64,000 nt of DNA from Lepidodermella squamata (taxonomy: Eukaryota; Animalia; Gastrotricha): assembly GCA_047495785.1 (NCBI GenBank), contig JBLDXI010000033.1, forward strand, positions 1,488,001-1,552,000, read 5' to 3'. A program made the translations under genes and the position numbers. The notes below the pieces were generated by a model. It was given only the letters and a program-made list of their open reading frames with translations, was not told the origin of the DNA and made no database searches. Below, piece by piece: positions 11,147 to 21,490 of the stretch (positions are counted from its first letter, which is position 1; every line of letters begins with the position of its first letter).

Positions 11147-12244
11147 ATGAAGTTCGTCTTGGCAACTCTGTTAATTTCCGTCGGCCTTGTCTGGGCTAAT
11201 CATAACATCATCGACAAAAACGAGGCCGTAGTCGATGCTCTGAACAATAACCAGAGCGATGTCGAGCATGGTCTGAACGAACATCTCGTCAATGGTTCCA
11301 TTGACGATGCCTACAACAATCTGTACAACAACCTGATTTTTGTTGAGGATGAGGACCACGAAGATTTCGAAACTGACAACGGCGACGTTGAACAGCCCGG
11401 AAATCTGACCGCCCTGGCCCGCGCTGCTGCCATGGCCCGTCAAGCTATCGACGACACCTTCAGCGACGACCCGTCTCTGGTTGCCCCCGATGACTCTGAC
11501 GGCCCCGTCATTACTAATTACGAGGTATACCCCGGCACTATTTTCGATTTGAGGCAGTTCGGCGCTCTGAGCCCGGTTCAGAATCAGAAGAAGTGCGGCA
11601 GCTGCTTCGCCTTCGCCGCTACGGCTGTTATCGAATCTCGCCTCGCTGTTTTGACCGGCAAGCCCTTCGACCTGTCCGAGCAGCAGCTGGTTGACTGCGT
11701 GAACCCGGGCAAGAGCGGTTGCAAGGGTGGCAACTCGTCGCCGACTTACAAGTACTATCAGAGGGTGGGGTATGCTGCTAGGGATACCGACTATCCCTAC
11801 ATCGCCAAGACCAACACGGAATGCCAGGCGGATGCGTCCAAGGGCGTCAGGTTCAACATCACCAAGGTCTACGAACCTGCTGACGTTGCTGCGATTGAAA
11901 ATGCGCTCCGCGGTGGAGCTGTTCGCGCCGCTATTCACGTCCCGAAGGGTTTCATGTCGTACAAGAAGGGCATCATGGATTTCCCTGAATGCTACAACTC
12001 TCCTTCCCCCAAGCACGCCGTTGCCATTGTTGGCTACGGCACTGACCCCGAGTCTGGCAAGGACTTCTGGATCGTCCGCAACAGCTACGGATCTACTTGG
12101 GGTTTGTCCAATAACAATATTTTAGTATCCACGAAATTGTTTAACTTTTTCACAGGTGACGGAGGTTACTTCAGGATTCGCAAGGGCAGCAACCTGTGCA
12201 GGATCGAGAGCACCACCAACTACCCCGTTGTCGTTCTCCTGTAA
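11147..12244 (+). CDS. Papain-family (C1A) cysteine protease A, cathepsin L-like catalytic domain; one 54-nt intron at 12102-12155
   Basis: Signal peptide; QKKCGSCFAF (Gln, catalytic Cys), LSEQQLVDC, GCKGG, KHAV (His), WIVRNSYG (Asn), GYFRI. Confidence 0.95.
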   Translation: MKFVLATLLISVGLVWANHNIIDKNEAVVDALNNNQSDVEHGLNEHLVNGSIDDAYNNLYNNLIFVEDEDHEDFETDNGDVEQPGNLTALARAAAMARQAIDDTFSDDPSLVAPDDSDGPVITNYEVYPGTIFDLRQFGALSPVQNQKKCGSCFAFAATAVIESRLAVLTGKPFDLSEQQLVDCVNPGKSGCKGGNSSPTYKYYQRVGYAARDTDYPYIAKTNTECQADASKGVRFNITKVYEPADVAAIENALRGGAVRAAIHVPKGFMSYKKGIMDFPECYNSPSPKHAVAIVGYGTDPESGKDFWIVRNSYGSTWGLSNNNILVSTKLFNFFTGDGGYFRIRKGSNLCRIESTTNYPVVVLL

Positions 12245-12462
12245 AAGAAGAATACACGAGATTCCGCTTCAGCATAGGGCTTGAACTCAATACAACATGA
12301 CATTTGGTGGTGGTAATAAATAATGAGCAATGATTCATTTTCACTTGAGTTTTTTCACTACATTATGCTCAATGTGAGTCTCATTTACGTATGTCGCGTA
12401 GCTTTCTTGCCAAACATGCGGCTTTACTACAGTAGCATGCAAAGGCAACCCTTCACTATAAA

Positions 12463-12800
12463 ATGAGCCCGCGAACGCTGTGACAGAAGCACCCTGTCCA
12501 TACCGAGCAATTCAAGCTATCGAAATCTTGACTGCAATTTAGCAGAAGCCGAATTACCTGTCGTACCGAGTTCCGAGCGGAACGATAATGACCTAAAGGT
12601 TCCAATGTTTCAAGTATAGTCGGCGAATGGAACCAATTCAGCCGCGTTCGTCAACTTTTACCGAGGTCGGACGCATCGCTTGAATTTGACACCACGTTCA
12701 GTTTTCACCCCGCAATCTACACGTTCGATTAGTGGCTGCGCAATGTAAACAATTGGGCACAACAAACGACGACTCTGTTCGAAAGTGGTCGACCTGTAAT
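12463..12800 (+). pseudogene. Decayed copy of the CD225-like gene at 20955 (ends approximate)
   Basis: ACAGAAGCACC...GAGCAATTC(A)AGCTATCG...TTACCTG...AGTTCCGA..ATAATGAC aligns with 20969-21078 but has frameshifts; same position downstream of the paralogous protease. Confidence 0.7.
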
Positions 12801-13114
12801 TCGCCTTCTGGTTGATAGTAACAAGTTACCATTGAGCTTGGCCCTAGATTTGACTAACTACTAATGTCTTACTAATGTCTAACTAGTGTGATTCATTAGT
12901 AAGTAAAACAGAAAAACTAGCACTATTAGTCAATCTTGACGCATACATAAGTCTTTGCAGTAGCTACTAGCTTAGCTTAAACGTCAAAAGTTCACCCAAA
13001 TCTGCAATAAATTATAAAAAACGCGGTCACGCTCAGAAATGAGTCAGCTATGATGCCTTCAGCTATTTCAATGCCCCTCGAATGCATATATATCAAATTC
13101 ACACACAATTTTCC

Positions 13115-14394
13115 ATGGCGTTTCAAGCGGCACCTCCACATGCTTACCATTTTCATCGCAATGAGCAGCAGTTAACAATTCATCTGCCGATTGATAATTA
13201 CCCTCCACTTGATCAGCAATTCAATCTTGGCGACCAGCAGTTACATCGACCAGCGGCTGATGATCCTCCACCGGCTTACCAATTTCATCGCAATAGACGG
13301 CAGTTGACGATTCAAAATTATCCTCCACTTGCTCAACCATTTTGTCTCGGCGACCAGCAGTCCTCTGCCCATCGGCCAGCGGCTTATGATTCTCCCCTAC
13401 AGAGTGAGCAACAGTTCGCTATGCATCGACCGGCGGTTTACACCATAGCGAGGCCTAACATTGAAGCACATCCACCGACCAGCAGTGTCAAGCCAGTCAA
13501 ACCTGAATCGAGCATAATTTCAATCAGACTGCGATCAGGATATGGAATCGCAAGACTGCTACAGCTTACACTCAACATCGTATACATAGCTCTATCAATA
13601 GCCTACATGGTCGATCTGAACCGCTATAAAGATAAATATATCAACGATGGTGCTGAGTATCTACAACATAAGCATTGGCTATCCTCGGGATGGGTCATTA
13701 CGCCGTCTTTTTTTGGCCTCGTGGCCGCGCTCCTGCAACTTTTGGCCAAAAATTGCTACAGTTGGGCTTACGATATGGTTTCGGTAGGAGAGCTTGATCA
13801 AATTATTGTTTTTTCTTATCAAATTATTTGAATTAATTTCCGAAAATTGCTTGAAGACCAACATTGCTTTTTGAATATTTATGCAGAATATTCTTCTGAC
13901 TATATTGTACCCACCCTGTCCCTTTTCGGCGCTCCAGAAGAGCACCTTGTTTTCGCCCGCTAACCATTTCTTAAATCATATTTATTGTGTAGCATGCCCT
14001 CCACAAAAATCAGCTAGAAATTTTGACATTTTTTAATGTTGTTTTGCAGCCGCGAAATATAATGTTACTTTTGCAGGATGTTCTTCTGGCCATATTGTAC
14101 ATACCATTCGTCGCCGGATTTGTCTACATTCTGACGAGACCTTGCTTCGAACACACCTTGATTTCGTGGCCCATCGGCTGGGCAGTCTTGGCAGTCCAAT
14201 CGTTGCTGACAATGAGTTACATAATCGTTTGCTCCACGATGTGTTGCAAATGCAGCAATCGGCAACTGGTTGGCAAACCGAATCGATACTCACCTATCAT
14301 GTGCTGCCTTTCTGCTGCCTACGCAGCCGACCCAGGAGTTCAGCTGGCGTTGGCAGAGATCGTTCGACGAAGGGCAATGCGAGGTAGGTCCTAA
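13115..14394 (+). CDS. Four-TM membrane protein with a repeated Pro/Gln/His-rich N-terminus containing PPAY; intron ~13784-14078
   Basis: ORFs 13082..13831 and 14023..14394 join in phase at GT/AG sites; four hydrophobic segments and a Cys-rich tail; family not recognised. Confidence 0.65.
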
Positions 14395-14667
14395 TTTCCT
14401 ATCACTAACTCTCACAGCGTGCGATCTTGGATCCTGGGTATGGACAATTGGGAGTGGACAATTTCCTATGAGATTTTTCCGCAATTACTTTTGATTTCAT
14501 CCAAAAGATAGTGGAGCGAGGTAATTTAGAAGAATGACTAAATTAGCATTTTCTTATCCGGTCTGGCTGAGCTGGGAGATAACTCCCTAATCGAACACTG
14601 TACTCTGATGTTTTTCTTGTTTATGTTCCACTAGCACTTTCTCTTTATTTTTCAAGCAACAACTAGT

Positions 14668-14892
14668 GGAGGATCCAGAGGGAGATCCGGAGGAGGATGT
14701 GGAGGCGGAGGAGGAGGATTCGGAGGCGGAGGAGGAGGATGTGGAGGCGGAGGAGGATGTGGAGGAGGAGGAGGATGTGGAGGAGGAGGAGGATGTGGAG
14801 GAGGAGGATGTGGAGGCGGAGGAGGAGGATGTGGAGGCGGAGGAGGAGGATGTGGAGGCGGAGGAGGATGTGGAGGAGGAGGTGGCTGCTAA
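14668..14892. repeat. GGA-rich tandem repeat (units like GGAGGCGGAGGAGGATGT), possibly coding for a Gly/Cys-rich (+) or Pro/His-rich (-) peptide
   Basis: About ten 12-21-nt units whose lengths stay multiples of 3. Confidence 0.85.
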
Positions 14893-15229
14893 CAACCAGC
14901 CTTGCCTGGATGCGGTTCGCTGCGCCGCCCACCGCCTCGATACCTGTTCTACCGGCCGCTGCCGTACCACACCAGCCAGCTACTGTCGCCGCTGACGCCT
15001 GGTCTCATTGGATTGGGCCCTCTGGGTTGCCGCTCTGGCTGCTTCCAGCCGGCTCGTCATGGAACCGGCCGTTGCTGAAATCCGGTTGGCAGCCTCCACC
15101 ATCTGCCGGGCTACTGTTGTGCTCGGCTCGGCCGGCTGCTGCCTGGTTGGAGGACGGATGAGCGGCTCTTGAAGAAACTGCGGCTCAGAATCCCATCGAG
15201 AGCAATCAGTAGAGTAGTGACTCAGTTAG

Positions 15230-15365
15230 AATAAATAATAATCAGAGATGAATAAAGCCAATTAAAGCATTTTCCATTCAAGAAATATTTTATTTGCTGG
15301 GATCACCACCGGTTTCGACGGCGACCGAGTATGAGAATAAGCTGTTTGAGGACGAGTAGAAATGG
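15230..15365 (-). pseudogene. Relic of the 3' end and 3' UTR of the basic secreted protein gene at 17333..17911
   Basis: AATAAATAATAATCAGAGATGAAT...CCGGTTTCGACGGCGACCGAGTA is shared with 17272-17400; translates as FSYSVAVETGGDPSK* versus FSYSVAVETGAAPSK*. Confidence 0.8.
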
Positions 15366-15533
15366 GATAAAAAAGCTTCATTGGTAAAAAAAAAATAGTC
15401 AAACAATTCATAATGTCACTGCGCATATTTGTGTATTTTTTGCTGGGGGGAATGAAAACTGCGAAGGCTTTGCGTAAGAAATCAAACTTTCTTAAAATCA
15501 AACTTTTCTCAAAATACCCTACGCCACAGTATT

Positions 15534-15701
15534 CCCGTAGAAACATTTTGCACTTTTATCATTAATTATGCAAATGAGTTTGAAAATTACAAGAAACAAT
15601 ATTTTTTCCTCGAACCTTTTGCTGGCAAATTTTTCTTGTATCCTGTTTTTCTCAAACTCATTTGCATAATTAATGATAAAAGTGCAAAATGTTGCTACGG
15701 G
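15534..15701. mobile_element. Palindromic MITE
   Basis: ~50-bp arms CCCGTAG(A/C)AACATTTTGCACTTTTATCATTAATTATGCAAATGAGTTTGA and their reverse complement. Confidence 0.8.
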
Positions 15702-15974
15702 TAACCTCTAAGCCGCTGACGAACAACAAGCCGACCATCTGACGCCCAATTTTTGAGAAGTTTTATGCTTCTCGTGGAATGTGGACTTCACACTCATAGA
15801 GCTATTTTTAGAACTTGCAACTAGCGCTCTATGGGACATCAGCATGAGAATGAAAAATCCATGCGGCATCAGTAGCTGTTTACGCCTTATGGCTCGCTAT
15901 GATGTGAAGGTCATGCTAAGCTCATCGACTCAACCAAAAGGTGTTTTAATCATTTTCCATCAATCTTCCGAAAC

Positions 15975-16958
15975 ATGAAACCTGCCTGTATGTTGTTGTT
16001 TGCTCTTGCGAGCTTTTGCCAACTTGAGGTGTCGATGAGCGGTGAATTTGAGTTCTCATCTACCGATCCGATCAGCAGCACGACTTCCGAACCCCCGAAA
16101 ATCCGGCCGACTTGCGGCAAGCCGTTCTACGATCCCGAAAACATCGTGCGGCAAAGGCGAATCGTTGGCGGTCAAGCCTCTCCCCCGCATTCTTGGCCAT
16201 GGCAAGTGTTGATTCTTCGCTACGGGTCAATTGCCGGCGGGGGAACTCTCATCTCACCTCGTCACATCATCACCACAGCAAAGATGTTTCGCCATTCGAA
16301 GAATGACACGGAAGATTATGACTTTTTGGTGGGGACAAATAAGGCGGACTCGAGCAATGCGACAGCTCAGCGTTTGGAAGTCGACACCATCATCGTTCAT
16401 CCGAATTACCGACAAGTTAACAAGCATGACTGTGACCTCGCAATCGTGCGCCTCAAAGCTCCAGGCGCGACCTTCAATAAATGGGTCCATCCAGCTTGCC
16501 TGCCTTTCAGCAGATCAGACCAGCCTGCAGTTGGTACAAAATGTTACGCCACTGGTTTCGGCACCAATAAAGGGACAGGTTACAATAGTGTGTTAAATGA
16601 GGTAGCTGTACCTATCATTGCCAATGATCAGTGCACATCTTGGGACCCAAAGTATCGAGTAAGTTGTTTTTTACTGATATCTCAATAATACCGCTCAAAC
16701 TTCGATATTCCTCAGAAATTCCTCACTTCTCGCATGCTATGTGCCGGCTATGAAGAAGGAGGCCGCGACAGCTGCCACGGTGACGATGGAGGCCCGCTGG
16801 TATGCAAGGTTGGTCCGAACGACAACTGGGTGCTTCATGGCGTGACTTCCTTCGGTTTCGGCTGCGGTGAGAAGAATAGACCGGGCGTCTATACACGCAT
16901 CACTGAATTCATGGATTTCCTTGAAAATAACATTTTCGATTATAGCGCTGTCGTCTAG
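15975..16958 (+). CDS. Trypsin-like (S1A) serine protease homolog, predicted inactive; intron 16659-16715
   Basis: Signal peptide, CGKP, RR|IVGG, SWPWQV, DLAIVRL, MLCAG, GVTSFG, PGVYTRI; TAAHC is replaced by TTAKM and GDSGGP by GDDGGP. Confidence 0.92.
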
Positions 16959-17332
16959 ACAGGAGCCTGGAAGGGTTTTAGAATTTCTGCTGCGTTTTTT
17001 CTGCATTGATTGATTATCAGGTTTTTCCATGCTTTTTACTGTTGCGAAAAGTGCACACCTTAATAAAGTATCGCGATCATTTCCTATTGTTTTATTAGTG
17101 TTTATTTCTTTCTTAGTTTTACGGCTGCAAATAGCTCAAGTTCAACGCCATTTATTGTTAATTTATGCAGCTAAACTGCTTCCAATCCTTTTGTGATCAA
17201 TGAACGAAATGCATTGTAAACGAATCTTCAAATTGCTCTCGATTTTTCATTTTTTATTGTTAATTTGTTGGAATAAATAATAATCAGAGATGAATGAGCC
17301 AATGACGGCATTTTTTTCATTTAAAAAATATT

Positions 17333-17911
17333 TCATTTGCTGGGAGCAGCGCCGGTTTCGACGGCGACCGAGTAGGAGAAGTTGTCGGAGGCCGAGTAGC
17401 TGCCGCTCTTGCTGCCCTTGCGACCCTTGCCGTGCTTGCCGCCCTTCTTGCCTCCAAACTTCTTGCCACCGTGGCGCTTGTTGCCGCCCCTCTTGTTGTA
17501 GCCGCCGAAGGAGCCCGATCGCGAGTACGAGCCGGACATGGATCCGCGCTTGTGCACGCGCATGAACTTCTTGGTGGAGACCTTGCGGGTGTGCTTGTTC
17601 GTGCGGGCCGACACCGACGCGGACACGGACTTGGAGAACGAGGCACGGCGGTGCTTGCGCCCAGCGACGAACGCCTTCTTAGCCGGGCGCTTCTTCATCA
17701 CGTGCTTCTTCGGCTGCCGGTTGTAGGACACGCTGATGGAGACGCTCTTCGAGTAGCTACGAGCCACACCCTTACCCTTGTTACCACGGCCAGCCTCAAC
17801 ATCCGCGAAGGCTGAAAATAAAACAATGTCAATTTTATAGTCAAAGTAGGCCCACATTTTGTTACCGAGGCACAGCAGAGCGACGACGGCGAGAGCTAAA
17901 GCAGCGCGCAT
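17333..17911 (-). CDS. Secreted Lys/Arg/Gly/Ser-rich low-complexity protein; 54-nt intron at 17812-17865
   Basis: Signal peptide MRAALALAVVALLCLAFADVEA after splicing; strong C/G third-position bias; TATA-like ATATAAA on the minus strand at ~17994-18000; a partial paralog relic at 15230. Confidence 0.85.
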   Translation of the reverse strand: MRAALALAVVALLCLGNKMWAYFDYKIDIVLFSAFADVEAGRGNKGKGVARSYSKSVSISVSYNRQPKKHVMKKRPAKKAFVAGRKHRRASFSKSVSASVSARTNKHTRKVSTKKFMRVHKRGSMSGSYSRSGSFGGYNKRGGNKRHGGKKFGGKKGGKHGKGRKGSKSGSYSASDNFSYSVAVETGAAPSK

Positions 17912-18289
17912 TTTAATTGGTTTGAAAATGAATGAATACCAAAAAATTAAGAAGTGGAAACGATGATGCTATGATCTGGAACTTATGTCGTAATTTATAT
18001 GCTCGCCAAATTAGGAAGAAACGGACCAACGGCAAATTTAAGATGCGCAGTGTCGCTCATTAAAGGCTGGCATGGATTGAACTTTCGGAGTTGAGGATTT
18101 GATGACTTTAACAGTTGTTTCCGCTGGTCTACAGCCATTCTAGTAATAATTAATGAAATTATTCTAGTATACAAGTGCTTCGCAGATAAACTGGGTTGTA
18201 AGCCTGGAAAAGTTATTCCTAGTTTATTACTTTAATTCGTCTGCTGAATTTGAGAACAATGAAGTTGGCAGTATCTTCTGATTGCCCTC

Positions 18290-18540
18290 ATCGGCTATGC
18301 CTGCAGGCATTGATTGTAGAGCACGCCATAATGAACAAGGCTTCGTCAATGCTCTTAACCATAATCAGAAGGTGGGAAGGCAAAACGCAAAGCTTACAGC
18401 GGAAGAGAAGGAGACCATTGAGATGAAAGATAAGAATTAAGAAAATACATAAGGGAACAGAAGACAAATGGCAGAGAAGGGAAGGCTAGGTCGCACAGAC
18501 AGAGAGCGGGCCCGGCCATGCCTACGATTTGTTCGCGAAA
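18290..18540 (+). pseudogene. Further decayed relic of the papain-family N-terminus (ends approximate)
   Basis: GTCAATGCTCTTAACCATAATCAGA matches GTCGATGCTCTTAATCATAACCAGA at 8229; stops follow. Confidence 0.45.
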
Positions 18541-18739
18541 AAGTATGACATATCGGCAGGCGGTCTCAGCGGCTCTGCACCTTAGGATGCCGTCTCGACA
18601 GTCGGGAGGATGTGAACGCAGTCAACGAGGCGAACGTTAAGCATAGCACACATGCAGTTGATTTTCGGGACGTCGAAGCAGCTCCACTGCCTCTTTGCAC
18701 GACCTCGCGCGACCGATGCACGTGAACAGATGATTTTAC

Positions 18740-19630
18740 TTCTTCTGAAGCTTTTTCATCTTCTGCTAATTTGAAAGTCCATCAGTTGAATAAATTATAT
18801 GCCCTTCATGGACACATTTAATAGTTGTTCATAATTAGACACGAATTGAAACAAACATGTGGGAGTGTCTGCGTTTTTTAGCGCAACCCTTCTTAACATT
18901 AGTATATGCAGCCGAGCTGAATACAGCAGGTGATTTTTAACGCAAATTCCCTGCGTTTTTTAGGCTATAATTGGGCTATAATTTATAATTTATATTTAGG
19001 CTATAACATGAAGATATGAAAATATCGTAGGCGTCTTAGCTTTCAGCGCGGTCCCTTGACAAGCACAGCGTGGGCACCACGGCTGATCAAACGTAGGAAC
19101 GGCTGTGATATATAACTTGGATGAACTTGTTTTACAAGTGAAATGAATTTGAGGCTGTCAACGCTGTCGCACTGAGTAGGCGGCGGGCCTCGTATCGACT
19201 GCCGTGTTCTCTTTCTGAAGTTTCTAGACCCCTTAATTTCAAAGTCAATCAGCTGAACAAATCGTAACGGCTTATTTTTGTAGGTTTTCGAAGGTCAAAA
19301 TTAAACAAGCAGGAACCTCGGCGCATCCACCGACAGGGCATAGTTATTTTGATCCTCAGAACTTTCTCGACTGAGATTGAATCAAAATAAAGCAGGTGAT
19401 TAAACTAAACGCTATTGCAACGAAAAATTCTTGCTTTTTTAGGTCATTTCTTCACGTGGATAAAAACTCGTAGGAGTGTCAGCTCCGGTACCTTGACAAG
19501 AAATCGTGGGCACAGCTGATCAAACTATTCCCTAGGCAGTCCTGCGCGGGATGCGGGGTTTCGGCGGGTATAAATACGGGCCTGTAATCTGGGTCTGATC
19601 AGAAATCCATTCAACTTTCTCTTCTAAGAA
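18740..19630 (+). promoter_or_regulatory. Tandemly duplicated upstream module of the protease genes (other copies at ~7880-8140 and ~10650-11145)
   Basis: Shared blocks in the same order: AAAGTC(C/A)ATCAG(C/T)TGAA, GCAGGTGATT, TCGTAGG, CTTGACAAG, CTGATCAAA; only the second copy here keeps the TATA box. Confidence 0.6.
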
Positions 19631-19632
19631 AA

Positions 19633-20733
19633 ATGAAGTTTGTCGTTGCAACTCTGCTGATTTCCGTCGGCCTTGTCTGGGCTAACCAAAACATCATCAG
19701 CAAAAACGAGGCGGCCGTCGATGCTCTGAACCAACACCAGGACGTAGTCGAGCACGGTCTGAACGAACATCTCACCAATGGTTCCATTGACGATGCCTAC
19801 AACGATTTGTACAACATCCTGTCTTTTGTTGAGGACGAGGACCACGAAGAATTCGAAACTGACAACGGCGACGTTGAACAGCCCGGAAACCTGGCTGCGT
19901 TGGCTGCTCGCGCTGCTGCCAAGGGCCGTCAAGTTGCTGACGACACCTTCACCGATGATCCTTCTCTGGTTTCTCCCGATGACTCCGACACCCCTGTTAC
20001 TACCGACTTCGTGACTTACAATGGTACCATCTTCGATTTGAGGCAGTATGGCGCTCTGAGCCCGGTTCAGAACCAGAAGAAGTGCGGCAGCTGCTACGCC
20101 TTTGCCGCTGCTGCTGTCATCGAATCTCGCCTCGCTGTTTTGACTGGCAAGTCTTTTGACCTGTCCGAGCAACAGCTGGTTGACTGCCTGAACCCGGGCA
20201 AGAGCGGTTGCAAGGGCGGCAACTCGTCGCCGTCCTGGAAGTACTACCAGAAAGTCGGCGGCGCCGTCAGGGATGCCGACTACCCGTACACCGCCGTGAC
20301 CAACACTGCATGCCAGCTCGATACTTCCAAGTTGATCAAGTTCAACATCTCCAAGGTCTACGAACCTGCTGACGTTGCTGCGATTGAAAATGCGCTCCGC
20401 GGTGGAGCTGTTCGCGCCGCTATGCACGTCCCGAAGGGTTTCATGTCATACAAGAGCGGTATTATGGATTTCGAGGAATGCTACAACTCCCCTGCCCCCA
20501 AGCACGCTATTGCCATTGTTGGCTACGGCACTGACCCCGAGTCTGGCAAGGACTTCTGGATCATCCGCAACAGCTACGGATCTACTTGGGGTTTGTTGAG
20601 TAATAATTATTTAAGTTTGCATAAGACATTTTCGTTTCTAACAGGTGAGAAGGGTTACTTCAGGATTCGCAAGGGCAGCAACCTGTGCAGGGTTGAGAGC
20701 ACCACCAACTACCCCGTCGTCGTCCTCCAGTAA
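19633..20733 (+). CDS. Papain-family (C1A) cysteine protease B; 54-nt intron at 20591-20644
   Basis: QKKCGSCYAF, KHAI, WIIRNSYG; close paralog of 11147..12244 with the intron at the same position. Confidence 0.95.
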   Translation: MKFVVATLLISVGLVWANQNIISKNEAAVDALNQHQDVVEHGLNEHLTNGSIDDAYNDLYNILSFVEDEDHEEFETDNGDVEQPGNLAALAARAAAKGRQVADDTFTDDPSLVSPDDSDTPVTTDFVTYNGTIFDLRQYGALSPVQNQKKCGSCYAFAAAAVIESRLAVLTGKSFDLSEQQLVDCLNPGKSGCKGGNSSPSWKYYQKVGGAVRDADYPYTAVTNTACQLDTSKLIKFNISKVYEPADVAAIENALRGGAVRAAMHVPKGFMSYKSGIMDFEECYNSPAPKHAIAIVGYGTDPESGKDFWIIRNSYGSTWGLLSNNYLSLHKTFSFLTGEKGYFRIRKGSNLCRVESTTNYPVVVLQ

Positions 20734-20954
20734 TAGAAGAATCCACGAGATTCCGATTTGGTTTAGGGCTTAAGTGCACTCCAGCATTAAATTTGGTTGT
20801 GGTAATAAATATTGAGCAATGATTCATTTCCACCTGAGTTTTTTCATTGCATTATGCTGCGTGTGAGCTGAGTCTCATTTACATACGACACGTAGTTTTC
20901 TTGACAAACACAGAGGCATTTTGTTCTATTACATGAGTTAGAATTATTTCTAAT

Positions 20955-21461
20955 ATGGCTGCACCTATAACAGAAGCACCACCTGCCTACACTGAGCAAT
21001 TCAGCTATCGCAAGCTTGACGACGATTTAGTCGACGTCGAGTTACCTGCCGCCTCAAGTTCCGATCGAAATAATGACACGGCTCTTAATAATGGGAATAA
21101 CAACCCTGTCGTAATTCTATTGGAAGCTCCGACCTACGACGAGTCTACAAGCCGCCATCGAACGGCCGCTGTTACCATGTCAATCATATCTATTTTCACG
21201 GTCATCTGCTGCTCTTGCTGCTGCTCTATCCCAGCTTTAGTTCTGTCCCTGGTCCCGGCCTGCAATAACCGGATGTCGCGATCACCGGTTGTTAGACCCC
21301 TCTACATCGCTGCGATTGTTCTCGCATGTGTGGCAATTGTCTACGCCATTATTTTCATCGCTTTAGGCGTTGTTTTTCAAGACAGAGTGAAGAATTTCAG
21401 CTGTCACTATGACTACGATAATAACAAGTTCATCTGCGTACCTGTCACCAAATCTGAGTGA
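20955..21461 (+). CDS. CD225/dispanin-like (IFITM/PRRT-like) membrane protein with an N-terminal PPAY motif
   Basis: Two hydrophobic segments; the first has a Cys cluster followed by IPALVLS (ICCSCCCSIPALVLS), resembling the CD225 CC..GI.A.V.S pattern. Confidence 0.55.
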   Translation: MAAPITEAPPAYTEQFSYRKLDDDLVDVELPAASSSDRNNDTALNNGNNNPVVILLEAPTYDESTSRHRTAAVTMSIISIFTVICCSCCCSIPALVLSLVPACNNRMSRSPVVRPLYIAAIVLACVAIVYAIIFIALGVVFQDRVKNFSCHYDYDNNKFICVPVTKSE

Positions 21462-21490
21462 CATTAATTCATTTTTTTCGAAATAAAATA

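Noticed and set aside
11171-12016. Long antisense ORFs over the proteases (also 19624..20427)
   Set aside because: Shadow frames produced by strong C/G third-position codon bias; no recognisable motifs
14587-15161. Poly-Glu, poly-Arg, poly-Ser and LHILL ORFs in the track
   Set aside because: All are alternative readings of one GGA-rich repeat; the base variation is non-synonymous in these frames
17317-17815. Overlapping ORFs in other frames of the basic protein gene
   Set aside because: GC-rich shadow frames; only the signal-peptide frame is supported by the intron and the paralog relic
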